Part shown: positions 17,132 to 26,037 of the stretch, in pieces | How the letters are laid out: each line of letters begins with the position of its first letter | How positions within the stretch are numbered: position 1 is the first letter of the stretch | Assembly: GCA_029782135.1 (NCBI GenBank) | Contig: JAKOVI010000133.1 | Span: forward strand, 10,176 to 74,175 | Origin: Bacillota bacterium | Lineage (GTDB): Bacteria > Bacillota > UBA4882 > UBA10575 | Direction of reading: 5' to 3' | DNA length: 64,000 nucleotides | Position numbers and translations under genes: made by a program | Notes under the pieces: model-generated | What the model was told of the DNA's origin: nothing | The model's input: the letters and a program-made list of their open reading frames with translations, nothing else | Databases searched by the model: none

Positions 17132-18219
17132 GCTTGCCCTTCTTTCCCCGGTAACCGCCGGAGTACTGCCGCCAATAAGGCTAACAAAGGGAAGAGCAGT
17201 TGAAAGGGGAGGGCATAAATCGGCTGCACCCGCTCGACCATCTCCAAACGTACCCCGATATTCGGATAGATTTGATGGGCGGCAATCACCATCAACACGC
17301 CGATCGGAAAAACCAGCGGCCGGTAAGTCTGGAGTTTACAGAGCTGCGCCGTGCCCAGCGATGCCGCATACAAAGCAATCGAAACTTTGATAAACCCCAT
17401 CGCCAAAAAGATGAGCGAGGGAATCAACTCCAAACGGGTCATGACCTGTCCGATCGAAATCATGCGAAAGGCTTGGTGAGTCGGGAAAATAAAGATTTTG
17501 CCCAGTTCACCCAGGACCCCGACGGTGATCACCAGATTAATCAACAAAAACAACGCCGCGCCGCAGAGCCCCATAAATACTGCCTTCCGTGCCTGCCCTC
17601 TTTCGTGCAGAAAAGGGAGGAGCAAACCAAAAACAACATTCTGGCCGAAGGGAAAGGTGATCGTCCCGAATCCCGCCCTTAACAAATCGGAGAGGGATAT
17701 ACTCCACAGTGGTAGAAAATTTTCGATCTTAAATATGTTGAGGACCAAAAAACCCGTACCGACAATTAAAAAGACTGTCACCACCAATAACATCTCATTA
17801 ACCCTGGCAATTACTTCAATCCCCTTTTTACAGAGATAACCAACGACAAGCAGCCAGGTAACGGAGAAGACATAGCGCGGTGTCATCGTGAAAATGGTCG
17901 TCGTGAGGAAAGTAATAAAGATCGCACCCGCCTGCGCCCCGAGGTGAAAAGTATACCAGATACTGGCCACGGAGAACAGTTTCCCGATGACCGGCCCGAA
18001 AACAGTCTCATGGATCTCAATTAAGGTTTTGCCGGGAAAACGCAGACAGAGGGTCGTATAAGGTAAAGCGAAAACGATCCCGCCCGCCAAACCCAATAAA
18101 AGCGTCATCCAGGAATCATGCCACAACCCCTGCAGGGGAGGAAAAATAAGCCCGGTGGTCATCACAAAACTCATTACCAATCCCGACAGTTGAAAACTTG
18201 AAATTTTACCTTCTTCCAC
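17128..18219 (-). CDS. Spore germination protein, B subunit (GerAB/APC-superfamily permease-like)
   Basis: 363 aa and polytopic. The N-terminus ISSFQLSGLVMSFVMTTG is typical of GerxB proteins. Confidence 0.85.
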   Translation of the reverse strand: MEEGKISSFQLSGLVMSFVMTTGLIFPPLQGLWHDSWMTLLLGLAGGIVFALPYTTLCLRFPGKTLIEIHETVFGPVIGKLFSVASIWYTFHLGAQAGAIFITFLTTTIFTMTPRYVFSVTWLLVVGYLCKKGIEVIARVNEMLLVVTVFLIVGTGFLVLNIFKIENFLPLWSISLSDLLRAGFGTITFPFGQNVVFGLLLPFLHERGQARKAVFMGLCGAALFLLINLVITVGVLGELGKIFIFPTHQAFRMISIGQVMTRLELIPSLIFLAMGFIKVSIALYAASLGTAQLCKLQTYRPLVFPIGVLMVIAAHQIYPNIGVRLEMVERVQPIYALPFQLLFPLLALLAAVLRRLPGKEGQA

Positions 18220-18239
18220 TCTTATCCCATCTTTACATT

Positions 18240-19415
18240 TTATTCGCCAAACAGGATGGCCGGCCGCCTCGTCAACCCCACCTCAGCAATTAATACTTTT
18301 ACCTTAATTGTTACATCCAACTGCCGGAAGTAACTCTCCCATTCTTTCTGCAGCTCTTTCCAGACTTGAGGATGGTAGCGGTGGAGATGTTCGGCGAAAC
18401 CGAAAATATCCGCTCCCAACTGGCGCGCTTTGCTAAGGGCTGCTTCCACCTCGCCGGTGATCGCCTCCGCCGTCAGCTTTTCCAAGAAGTTGGTTTTTTC
18501 GGGCGTCACCAGGTTCTGCTCCGTGGATTGCCCGCCCAGAATTGCCTCCAGATCAATCTCCACCTGCATTTTCAGCGGTCGCTCCTTCACAACTGCGCTG
18601 ATTTTCCCCGTTGCTTCCGAAATTTCGATGCTAACTGTCGCCCCGTCGTCCGGTAGTTCAAGGACAATGATGCCGCCCCGCACTTCTCCCAATACCCAAA
18701 GGAGGCCCCGGGTTTCCCGGTAATCCAGATCTCCGGCGAGTTTATCCTCTTTAAATACCGCGGTCTTCTCCAGTTTCAAAATCTTTTCGCCGTCGGTTTC
18801 GACGATTCTGATCACCGGCATCGTCCCGGCCGTCTTTTTTTGAACGAAATGGTTGGCAAAATCATACAAAGAAACGGCTCTTACTTTCGAGGTTGCATGG
18901 TAGGTTTGCAACTGATGCGCAATACCGGCCGCCGGAACCTTCTCTAGTTTACTTTCGACCTGTAAAACCTTTTCCGCTTGATCCGGGGTGACCAACAACC
19001 ACTCGCTCAGCCGGGGTTCGGCATCCCGCATCAAAAATTCAATAATCGGAAAAATCCCCTTCTTGGCTACTTCTTCATTGATGATCACCACTTCATTATG
19101 GGATAAGAATAAGCGCCGGCTGCTTTCAAATGTCGCGTTCCGGATCGCATCAAAAACTGTCTTCCCTTCCGCTTTTAACGTCCAGAATGGTTTGTTCGCT
19201 CCACCCCCGCCGCCACCGCCGGTGCCGCCCCGCCCGCCAAGCACATCATCGGGCCTGATGATCTGAAAGCTTACTTGATAGTTTTCCCCATCCGGATGCA
19301 GATCAATGCCGATCCCGGAGACAATCGCCAAACGTTCCAATTCCCGCTGATCCCAGCAACCGCTGGACAGGCCGGTTAAAAGGAGCAAGCACCACCAGAG
19401 CCACTTTTTTTTCAC
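18240..19415 (-). CDS. Spore germination protein, C subunit (Ger(x)C lipoprotein)
   Basis: Signal peptide with the lipobox LLTGLSSGC, then WDQRELERLAIVSGIGID, typical of GerxC. Confidence 0.85.
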   Translation of the reverse strand: MKKKWLWWCLLLLTGLSSGCWDQRELERLAIVSGIGIDLHPDGENYQVSFQIIRPDDVLGGRGGTGGGGGGGANKPFWTLKAEGKTVFDAIRNATFESSRRLFLSHNEVVIINEEVAKKGIFPIIEFLMRDAEPRLSEWLLVTPDQAEKVLQVESKLEKVPAAGIAHQLQTYHATSKVRAVSLYDFANHFVQKKTAGTMPVIRIVETDGEKILKLEKTAVFKEDKLAGDLDYRETRGLLWVLGEVRGGIIVLELPDDGATVSIEISEATGKISAVVKERPLKMQVEIDLEAILGGQSTEQNLVTPEKTNFLEKLTAEAITGEVEAALSKARQLGADIFGFAEHLHRYHPQVWKELQKEWESYFRQLDVTIKVKVLIAEVGLTRRPAILFGE

Positions 19416-19461
19416 AACCGCTCACACTCCCTGTCCTTGCCGCCACCTACTGCATGCCCGC

Positions 19462-21096
19462 TTACTTTTTCCGGTTTTTCTCCTCTTTTTTCCGTTTCCC
19501 CGGCGCAGACGGCGGCCTGTCCGGTTCCTCCGCGGCAATTGAAGAGGGGACGCGCTCTCCAAAGTTCTGCCGTTTGGAATCTTGCCCTTCCAACGCTTGG
19601 GGCCGCGTCCACATTGCCCAGAGCGGCGCCCGGACCGCCACATCTTTCAGATCGCCGACCTGCAGGGGAATGACCGGTGAGAAATAGGGAACGCCGAAGG
19701 AGCGTAAAGAAGCGAGATGAGCTAAGGTAAAAAGCAAACCAATGATAATCCCGTAAGCTCCCAGGATCCCCGCGAGCACCGCCAGGGTTAGGCGCAGAAT
19801 AATGGCAATTTCTTGCTGTTTGGGAACGACAAACGAGGTGATCGCCGTTAAGGCAACAACGATCACTGTCGGCGCCGCCACCAATCCGGCACTGACGACC
19901 GCCTCCCCAATGACCAGCGCCCCGACAATACTGATCGTCTGCCCGATCGGTCTCGCCAGGCGGACACCGGCTTCGCGGATAATTTCAAAGACCGCCCCCA
20001 TCGCCACCACCTCGATCACCACCGGGAAAGGCGTTCCTTCCACCGCCGCCGCCATCGAGATCAGGAGCGGCGTGGGGATCAATTCCTGATGATACGAGGT
20101 TAAAGCGACAAAAAGTGCAGGAAGAAGAAAACTCATCAGAAAAGCAAGGTAGCGGAGCCACCGGATGAAAGTGGCATAGAGAAAATGGTCGTTATAATCA
20201 TCCGGGCTTTGGAAAGCTTCAATAAATAAGGAGGGCATCATGAGGATCGTCGGGGTGTTATTAACCAAAACCGCCACTCTCCCCTCCAACAGCCGGGCGG
20301 CCGCCACATCCGGCCGCTCGGTATAGGCGATGGTGGGAAAAGGGGAGAAGGGTGCATCCGTAATAAATTCCGTCAGGTAGTTCGCATCCAGAATCATGTC
20401 GGTATTAATCCGTTTCAGCCTGGCTTTAACTTCCTCCACGATCTTCTCATTGGCAATCCCTTGTACGTAGGCGACAACCACAGTAGTTCTCGTCCGCCGG
20501 CCGATCACCATCTGTTCAAAGACCAATCCGGGATAGTTGATCTTACGCCGTAAGAGTGCCGTATTTGTCCGGAGGTCCTCCGTAAAGCCGTCCCGGGGAC
20601 CCATGATGGTTACTTCCGTATCAGGCTCTTCAATGGCTCTTTTCTCCCAGTTCTTTGTGCTAACAACCAAGGCGGCAGTCTGTCCATCGATGAGCAGAAC
20701 GGTATCTCCACCCAGGACGGCATCCACAAGGGGTGGGAAACGGTCCTCTTGTGCAAGGCCGGATGCTGTAATCAGGTTTTCCTGGATAAAACCGAGGAGA
20801 TCGGAGTCAACGGTCCAGGTTTCCTTTTTCGCTTCGATCATCAAGGGGTGGAGAATACAGTCGTAAACCACTTGTTGATCCATTAACCCTTCCACAAAGA
20901 TGATCGCGGCTTTAATTCCTTTTTTCAGATTGAGCGTAAAGCGGCGGATCGCGACATCGGGGCTCTCCCCCAACTCGGCACGGAAAAGGGCGATATTCTC
21001 CTCCAAACTTTTATGCAAACGGTAACCAGCCGAGGGCGTTGCGTTTTCTTTAAATTGCTGCGCTAGGCGCAACTTCCGAAGCAGAAAACGGAACAT
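19462..21096 (-). CDS. Spore germination protein, A subunit (GerAA family)
   Basis: 544 aa with GerA-family core motifs (TEDLRTNTALLRRKI, ERPD, C-terminal TM bundle) and a K/E-rich C-terminal tail. Confidence 0.88.
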   Translation of the reverse strand: MFRFLLRKLRLAQQFKENATPSAGYRLHKSLEENIALFRAELGESPDVAIRRFTLNLKKGIKAAIIFVEGLMDQQVVYDCILHPLMIEAKKETWTVDSDLLGFIQENLITASGLAQEDRFPPLVDAVLGGDTVLLIDGQTAALVVSTKNWEKRAIEEPDTEVTIMGPRDGFTEDLRTNTALLRRKINYPGLVFEQMVIGRRTRTTVVVAYVQGIANEKIVEEVKARLKRINTDMILDANYLTEFITDAPFSPFPTIAYTERPDVAAARLLEGRVAVLVNNTPTILMMPSLFIEAFQSPDDYNDHFLYATFIRWLRYLAFLMSFLLPALFVALTSYHQELIPTPLLISMAAAVEGTPFPVVIEVVAMGAVFEIIREAGVRLARPIGQTISIVGALVIGEAVVSAGLVAAPTVIVVALTAITSFVVPKQQEIAIILRLTLAVLAGILGAYGIIIGLLFTLAHLASLRSFGVPYFSPVIPLQVGDLKDVAVRAPLWAMWTRPQALEGQDSKRQNFGERVPSSIAAEEPDRPPSAPGKRKKEEKNRKK

Positions 21097-21187
21097 TGTT
21101 TCTCTCCCTTATTAAAGCTGCCATCAATTAATATAAACCCAACCCTGGGAAACTAACCGTCCGGCAAGAGAAATCCCCAAGACACAA

Positions 21188-21214
21188 ATAAAAAAGACCC
21201 TCCGTTGTGGAGGA
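21188..21214 (-). terminator. Rho-independent terminator after the TPM gene
   Basis: CCUCC-ACAAC-GGAGG(G) hairpin followed by UCUUUUUUAUUU. Confidence 0.7.
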
Positions 21215-21295
21215 TCTGGAGTTTGCCCAAATGGAAGACGCGGAATCTGCCATTTGGAGGTGTACGTTAATCTTGTGCCTGTTCAGTCTATCTTT

Positions 21296-21733
21296 TTATT
21301 CCTTCTCCCAATCCCCGGTAATCTCGTTCGACAATTCATTCACATCCCCGCTTTGCACGGGAAAATAACGCGCCAAAGCCTCACCGGCCATCGAAATCCC
21401 TTTCACTAAACCGTCGACAAAGCGACCGGCCTTGAATTCCGTCGACATAGTCAGCTTAATCGTTTCCCAAAAATCGTCCGGAACCTGCTGATTGATTCCT
21501 TCATCACCCAGAATCACAAATTTCCGTTCCTCGACCGCCAGATAAAAAAGAACGCCATTCCGCGCGGCCGTCCGGTCCATCCCCAGTTCGGAAAAGACCT
21601 CCTGCGCCCGGCGAAAAGGATCCGGTCCGGCTTTTCTTTCGACATGCACCCGGATCTCCCCGGACGTCTTTTCTTCGGCTGCAATGATCGCCCGGGTAAT
21701 CACTTCTTTATCTTTCCGGTTGAAAATCCCCAC
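21296..21733 (-). CDS. TPM-domain protein (cytosolic type)
   Basis: 145 aa. ITRAIIAAEEKTSGEIRVHVE...VLFYLAVEERKFVILGD resembles the TPM/DUF477 fold family. Confidence 0.7.
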   Translation of the reverse strand: MGIFNRKDKEVITRAIIAAEEKTSGEIRVHVERKAGPDPFRRAQEVFSELGMDRTAARNGVLFYLAVEERKFVILGDEGINQQVPDDFWETIKLTMSTEFKAGRFVDGLVKGISMAGEALARYFPVQSGDVNELSNEITGDWEKE

Positions 21734-21844
21734 CGTTTAACCTCCTTACCTGTACACGAAGGAAAATCCTCCGGTGCCCCTTCACCCGGCGGACCGTTCT
21801 GCACAAGCAGTCCATCCTAAACTTATAACGGCGGAAAAGAGAGC

Positions 21845-22660
21845 TTACCACCCGCCGCTGGCGCCACCGCCACGAAAGCCGCCGCCGCCCCGGAAATTGC
21901 CACCCCTAAAACCGCCTCCGCCAAAACCCTTAAAGGGGCTGGACGGGCGGTTCCGGTTCCCGGTAAGCGGGTAAAAAACCGGTCCCATGGTGCGTTGGGA
22001 GTAACCTCTTTTATACCAGCGGCGTTGCTGATACCGTGAAGTATAAGTTGAGAAAACCGTCAGGAGGAGAAAGAGGATGAGAAAAAAGAGAACCCCCGGT
22101 CCTTCCTCCTCCTCAAAATCAAACGCCGCCTTTGCGGACCCTTCCGGCAAGTATGAAGGCTCAACCCAATGAATGAAGACCTCCAGGGCCTCTTTTATTC
22201 CGGAAAAATACGCTTCCTTTTGGAAAGCCGGGGCGAGCACCTCCCGGATCACCCGCCCGGCCCGTCCGTCGGTGATCTTTTCTTCAAGACCGGTCCCCAC
22301 TTCAACCCGGATCTTCCGTTCATTACTGAGAATCAGGAGCAACAACCCATTATCGCGCTCCGCCGTCCCGGGCTGCGCGGCTTCCGCCAATCGCAGCGCA
22401 AAGAGTTCCAGATTTTCCCCCGGCGGCAGTCCCGGAAGGGTGACGACAATGAATTGGTTCGTGGTCTGGACGTCAAGATCCGCAAGGAGTGCGGAAAGTT
22501 CCCTTTCTTCTTCGGGCCGCAATAACCCGGCATGATCATTGACGTAACCGGTCACAAACCTCCGGAAATCCGCGTTTGCTCCCGCCGGCACTACAATCAG
22601 TAAAGCAAGGAGCAGAAGAAAGGCGAGGAAACCGGATCGATCTTTGCATAAAGACCTCAT
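21845..22660 (-). CDS. TPM-domain protein, YgcG-like (signal peptide, TM segment, Gly-rich tail)
   Basis: VNDHAGLLRPEEERELSALLADL...QFIVVTLPGL...LLLILSNERKIRVEVG is a TPM motif pattern. The C-terminus has a TM segment and then GFGGGGFRGGNFRGGGGFRGGGASGGW. Confidence 0.75.
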   Translation of the reverse strand: MRSLCKDRSGFLAFLLLLALLIVVPAGANADFRRFVTGYVNDHAGLLRPEEERELSALLADLDVQTTNQFIVVTLPGLPPGENLELFALRLAEAAQPGTAERDNGLLLLILSNERKIRVEVGTGLEEKITDGRAGRVIREVLAPAFQKEAYFSGIKEALEVFIHWVEPSYLPEGSAKAAFDFEEEEGPGVLFFLILFLLLTVFSTYTSRYQQRRWYKRGYSQRTMGPVFYPLTGNRNRPSSPFKGFGGGGFRGGNFRGGGGFRGGGASGGW

Positions 22661-23220
22661 TTAAACTCCACCCGTGGTACTTCCCTAGCTTCTTCCTTGA
22701 TTTGGAAGTAGTCCTTTCTTTCCAAACCGATCAGGCCGGCAATTATATTGCCGGGAAAACGGCGGATCCGGGCGTTGTACGTGGTCACCGCCTCATTATA
22801 ACGGAGCCGGGCGACCGAGAGACGGTTTTCCGTTCCGGCCAGTTCATCCTGGAGTTCGGCAAACCTCCGGTCTGCCTTTAACTCGGGATACTGCTCAACG
22901 ACCATTAATAAACGGCCGAGCGCGGAATCAAGCGCGGAAGAGGCTTCAACTTTGCCGGCCACTCCCTCCGCCCCCAGGAGCCGGCTGCGTGCCTGCGCGA
23001 TCTCCGTGAATACCGCCGCTTCGTGCGAAACGTATCCTTGAACCGATGCCACCAGGTTCGGAATGAGATCCGCCCTTCGTTGCAGATTGTTCTCAATCTC
23101 CGCCCAGCGCCCTTCGACCGTTTCTTCCAATGACATAAATGAATTATAGTAACCGGCGAAAATAATGATCACAACCAGCATGATCCCGAGGACAATGAAC
23201 AGTCCTGAGTACTTACGCAT
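22657..23220 (-). CDS. LemA-family protein
   Basis: N-terminal TM segment, then YNSFMSLEETVEGRWAEIENNLQRRADLIPNLV, the classic LemA signature. The ATG at 23220 is preceded by GAAGGAGG. Its stop overlaps the TPM gene start. Confidence 0.88.
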   Translation of the reverse strand: MRKYSGLFIVLGIMLVVIIIFAGYYNSFMSLEETVEGRWAEIENNLQRRADLIPNLVASVQGYVSHEAAVFTEIAQARSRLLGAEGVAGKVEASSALDSALGRLLMVVEQYPELKADRRFAELQDELAGTENRLSVARLRYNEAVTTYNARIRRFPGNIIAGLIGLERKDYFQIKEEAREVPRVEFK

Positions 23221-23443
23221 GGGAGTCGCCTCCTTCAAGTCAAAACTGATAAACTTTATTCACCGCACCAAACCATTATAATATAAAACAACCATAATGA
23301 AAAATAGCTTTTGCCGGAAAACAAGCCTTCGCTCCCGGCAGACGCGATGAAAACCGTACATTCCCGGCGATAAGAAAACCCCGGTTACAAAGCACCAGGG
23401 TCATTTGGTTGAATGTTGCCCTTGCAGTCTTTACAACCACTTT

Positions 23444-24178
23444 TTAAAACACTGGTAAAAGTTGTTTGACCAGATCAAACACGACCGGGAGAAAGATCGC
23501 CGGCAACAGGTTTCCGATTTTAATCTCCGTAATCTCCAGGAGGTTGAGGCCGATGCTCATAATTAATACCCCGCCGAGCAAAGAGGTTTGACTGATCACG
23601 GTCGTTGTCAGTAATGCTTTCACCGTACCGGCCAGTAAGGTGATTACTCCCTGGTAGAGCAGGACTGAAAGGGCGGAGAGCGCAACTCCTGCACCCAAAC
23701 TGGCCCCAAAGACCACCGCGGAAATCCCGTCGAGCAAGGACTTGGATAATAAAATATTGATTTTGCCGGTCAGACCATCCTCCAAGGCGCCGACGACGGC
23801 CATCGCCCCGACACAATAAACTAAACTGGCCGTCACAAACCCGCGGACCAAATCCCCGCCTTGCTTGGAAAACCGTTTTTGCAACCAACCGCCTAAATTC
23901 GCCAGCCGCTCCTCGATCCGCAGGAGTTCACCGATGATTCCCCCGCAAACTAAACACAAAATCATTAAGATGGTAAATCTACTTTCTAAATACCCACCGG
24001 CCGCGACTTGAAAGATCTCCTTTAAGCTTCCGGAAAGACCAATCATCAAAACAGCTAAACCGATCGCTTGCATAATCGTTGTTTTGATCCGTTCCGGGAT
24101 CCCGTTTTTAATTAAAAGGCCGATCGCCGCCCCGCCACCGATTGCTAGTGCGTTAATTATCGTGCCAATTCCGATCAT
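23444..24178 (-). CDS. DUF554-family membrane protein
   Basis: MIGIGTIINALAIGGGAAIGLL..., polytopic. The ATG at 24178 is preceded by GGGGAG. Confidence 0.72.
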   Translation of the reverse strand: MIGIGTIINALAIGGGAAIGLLIKNGIPERIKTTIMQAIGLAVLMIGLSGSLKEIFQVAAGGYLESRFTILMILCLVCGGIIGELLRIEERLANLGGWLQKRFSKQGGDLVRGFVTASLVYCVGAMAVVGALEDGLTGKINILLSKSLLDGISAVVFGASLGAGVALSALSVLLYQGVITLLAGTVKALLTTTVISQTSLLGGVLIMSIGLNLLEITEIKIGNLLPAIFLPVVFDLVKQLLPVF

Positions 24179-24335
24179 CTTTAACTCCCCCATGTTGCTT
24201 GTGATACTTTAGCTATTATACCGGAATCAACAAATCTTGAGAATACTTTTTTACTTCTGGAGCAGGGGGAGGCGGACAATTTAAATATCCGGTTTTGACG
24301 CGGAAGTTTACATGGCTTTCGGCCGGAAGCTTATT

Positions 24336-24785
24336 TCATGCGCTTTTTGTGTAAGTAATCGAAGTGATCTGGTAATGAAAGGTGCCACCCGGGGCCTCAA
24401 CACAGACTTGTGCCCCTTTCTCTTTGAGCAGCAAAGCCTTTCCTACCGGCGAGAGGGGTGAAATTCCATGTTCTCCAGGCAACCCACCGGCCGGTGAAAT
24501 TATTCTGAAGACTAAGATCTCACCGGAGACCAGATCTTTCACCTCGACCTGGCAACCAATGATCACAAAGGGAAACTCCTCTTGCTCATCCCCCAAGGAT
24601 GCGGTTGTAAGAAGATCTTCGATTTTTTTAATATACTGCTGTAACGTTTCTTTTATTTCTTCCCTTTCCGGTGAAGGCGAGGGGAAAAAATCTTCGATAA
24701 AATGGTCGGCGTTCTCTTCCACCTGCACTAAATGTTTGATTAGCTCTTCCTTCAAACTGGCCGCTAACACATTTGGTGTTTTCAT
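24336..24785 (-). CDS. GreA/GreB-family C-terminal-domain protein
   Basis: IIGCQVEVKDLVSGEILVFRIISP...ISPLSPVGKALLLKEKGAQVCVEAPGGTFHYQITSI matches the GreA_GreB C-terminal domain pattern. The N-terminal half is atypical. Confidence 0.6.
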   Translation of the reverse strand: MKTPNVLAASLKEELIKHLVQVEENADHFIEDFFPSPSPEREEIKETLQQYIKKIEDLLTTASLGDEQEEFPFVIIGCQVEVKDLVSGEILVFRIISPAGGLPGEHGISPLSPVGKALLLKEKGAQVCVEAPGGTFHYQITSITYTKSA

Positions 24786-24819
24786 TTTTGCCTCCCTTGA
24801 TCCATTTCCTGGTAAACAC

Positions 24820-24866
24820 CAAGAATAGTAGAAGACATTACCCCTTGCTTCAGGGCGTAATGTCTT
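24820..24866 (-). terminator. Strong hairpin or terminator between the ECF sigma gene and the GreA-like gene
   Basis: AAGACAUUAC/GUAAUGUCUU 10-bp stem extended by CCCU/AGGG. It is followed on the minus strand by a modestly U-rich tract. Confidence 0.5.
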
Positions 24867-24924
24867 ATCTAAAGACTACCATAAATGTTAACGGCTGTCA
24901 ACAATGGGGCCCGGTTCCGGTGGC

Positions 24925-25587
24925 TTAGTAATAATTGAGGGCATCCTTTAATCCCCACTTCTCGGCGATCATCTCCCGCAGTTTCTCTTTTCCCCGGTGG
25001 AGATCGGCCCGGATCGTGCCCAGGGGACGGCGGGTCAACGTGGCAATCTCCTGGTAGGAAAAACCCTGAAAGTAGTAGAGGATCAGCGCAATCCGTTGGG
25101 CAAAAGTCAGGCGGTGTAATGCTTTATGTAAATCCCGGACTTGCTCCCTTTGCACGACAACTTCCAACGGTTCCCTGGCCGGTGGCTGGATCAATTCACG
25201 ATAGTTTTCGCCAACAGAAATGACACCGGCTTCCCGCTTTTTCTTGCGGAGCTCGTCGAGGGCTGTATAGTAAGCAATCCGGTAGAGCCAGGTCCAAAAG
25301 GTCGAAGCCCCACGGAAAGTAGGCAATTTTTCCCAGGCCTTCACAAAAACCTCTTGCGTCAAGTCTTGGGCTACTCCTTGGTCGCGGACCAGTCCCAACA
25401 ACAGATGAAAGACCTTGGACCAGTGCAGCTCTACAAGTTGCCGGAAGGCCTCCGCTTCCCCCTGTTTTGCTTGGAGAACCAGCTCTTCCTCCACACTGTT
25501 CCCTGCACTTACGACCTGGGGTTCTCTCTCTTTTTTCCACCGGAGAGAAGTGGTAAGCAACGTTGTTAACCGTCTTCGTTTACGCAT
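24925..25587 (-). CDS. ECF-type RNA polymerase sigma-70 factor
   Basis: Region 2 reads AFRQLVELHWSKVFHLLLGLV...DLTQEVFVKAWEKL. Region 4 reads FSYQEIATLTRRPLGTIRADLHRGKEKL. The exact start is uncertain. Confidence 0.85.
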   Translation of the reverse strand: MRKRRRLTTLLTTSLRWKKEREPQVVSAGNSVEEELVLQAKQGEAEAFRQLVELHWSKVFHLLLGLVRDQGVAQDLTQEVFVKAWEKLPTFRGASTFWTWLYRIAYYTALDELRKKKREAGVISVGENYRELIQPPAREPLEVVVQREQVRDLHKALHRLTFAQRIALILYYFQGFSYQEIATLTRRPLGTIRADLHRGKEKLREMIAEKWGLKDALNYY

Positions 25588-25708
25588 CCAACCTTTTCCT
25601 TCCTCGAATTAATTACCGCCCGAAATTATGACCTGCTATTATATCTAGGTTATAATTCGCGGTTGGTCCTCAAAAATCCTTCTTCCGTCTTCATTTTTAA
25701 TCCGCTGT

Positions 25709-26005
25709 TCATAAGGGGCCGTCTACATTTTTCATCCTATCCGTTATGTAACGCCGATTGTCTGTTCTTTCATTAGCCCGTAACAACCCAGAACGGCACC
25801 GGCACAGGAGAGCGCCGCGAGGAAAAAGGCCGAACCCACCCCGATCAATCGCGCGCAAACCCTCCCATTCGTCGCGCCAAGGATTGAACTGATCCCGGTC
25901 AAGTTTGTGATCCTGAAAGAGCGCCCAGAAGCGGGCCGGTCTTTCTTCTTTCCAAAACCCGCTGACCGGCGGGATCAGAAAGGAGATCAGGAAGGCGCCC
26001 TCCAC
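25709..26005 (-). CDS. Hypothetical small membrane protein, possibly frameshifted (see findings)
   Basis: Only the part downstream of the murJ stop is plausible (GTG at 26005). It reads EGAFLISFLIPPVSGFWKEERPARFWALFQDHKLDRDQFNPWRDEWEGL, after which the frame becomes R/C-rich. A second frame continues as a clean TM helix. Confidence 0.25.
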   Translation of the reverse strand: MEGAFLISFLIPPVSGFWKEERPARFWALFQDHKLDRDQFNPWRDEWEGLRAIDRGGFGLFPRGALLCRCRSGLLRANERTDNRRYITDRMKNVDGPL

Positions 26006-26037
26006 GAGATGGAGGCAACAGCAAGAACCGGGCGGCT

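Noticed and set aside
21774-21974. A proline-rich ORF (PPPRKPPPPRKLPPLKPPPPKP) on the plus strand.
   Set aside because: It is the antisense reading of the Gly-rich FRGGG tail of the YgcG-like TPM gene.
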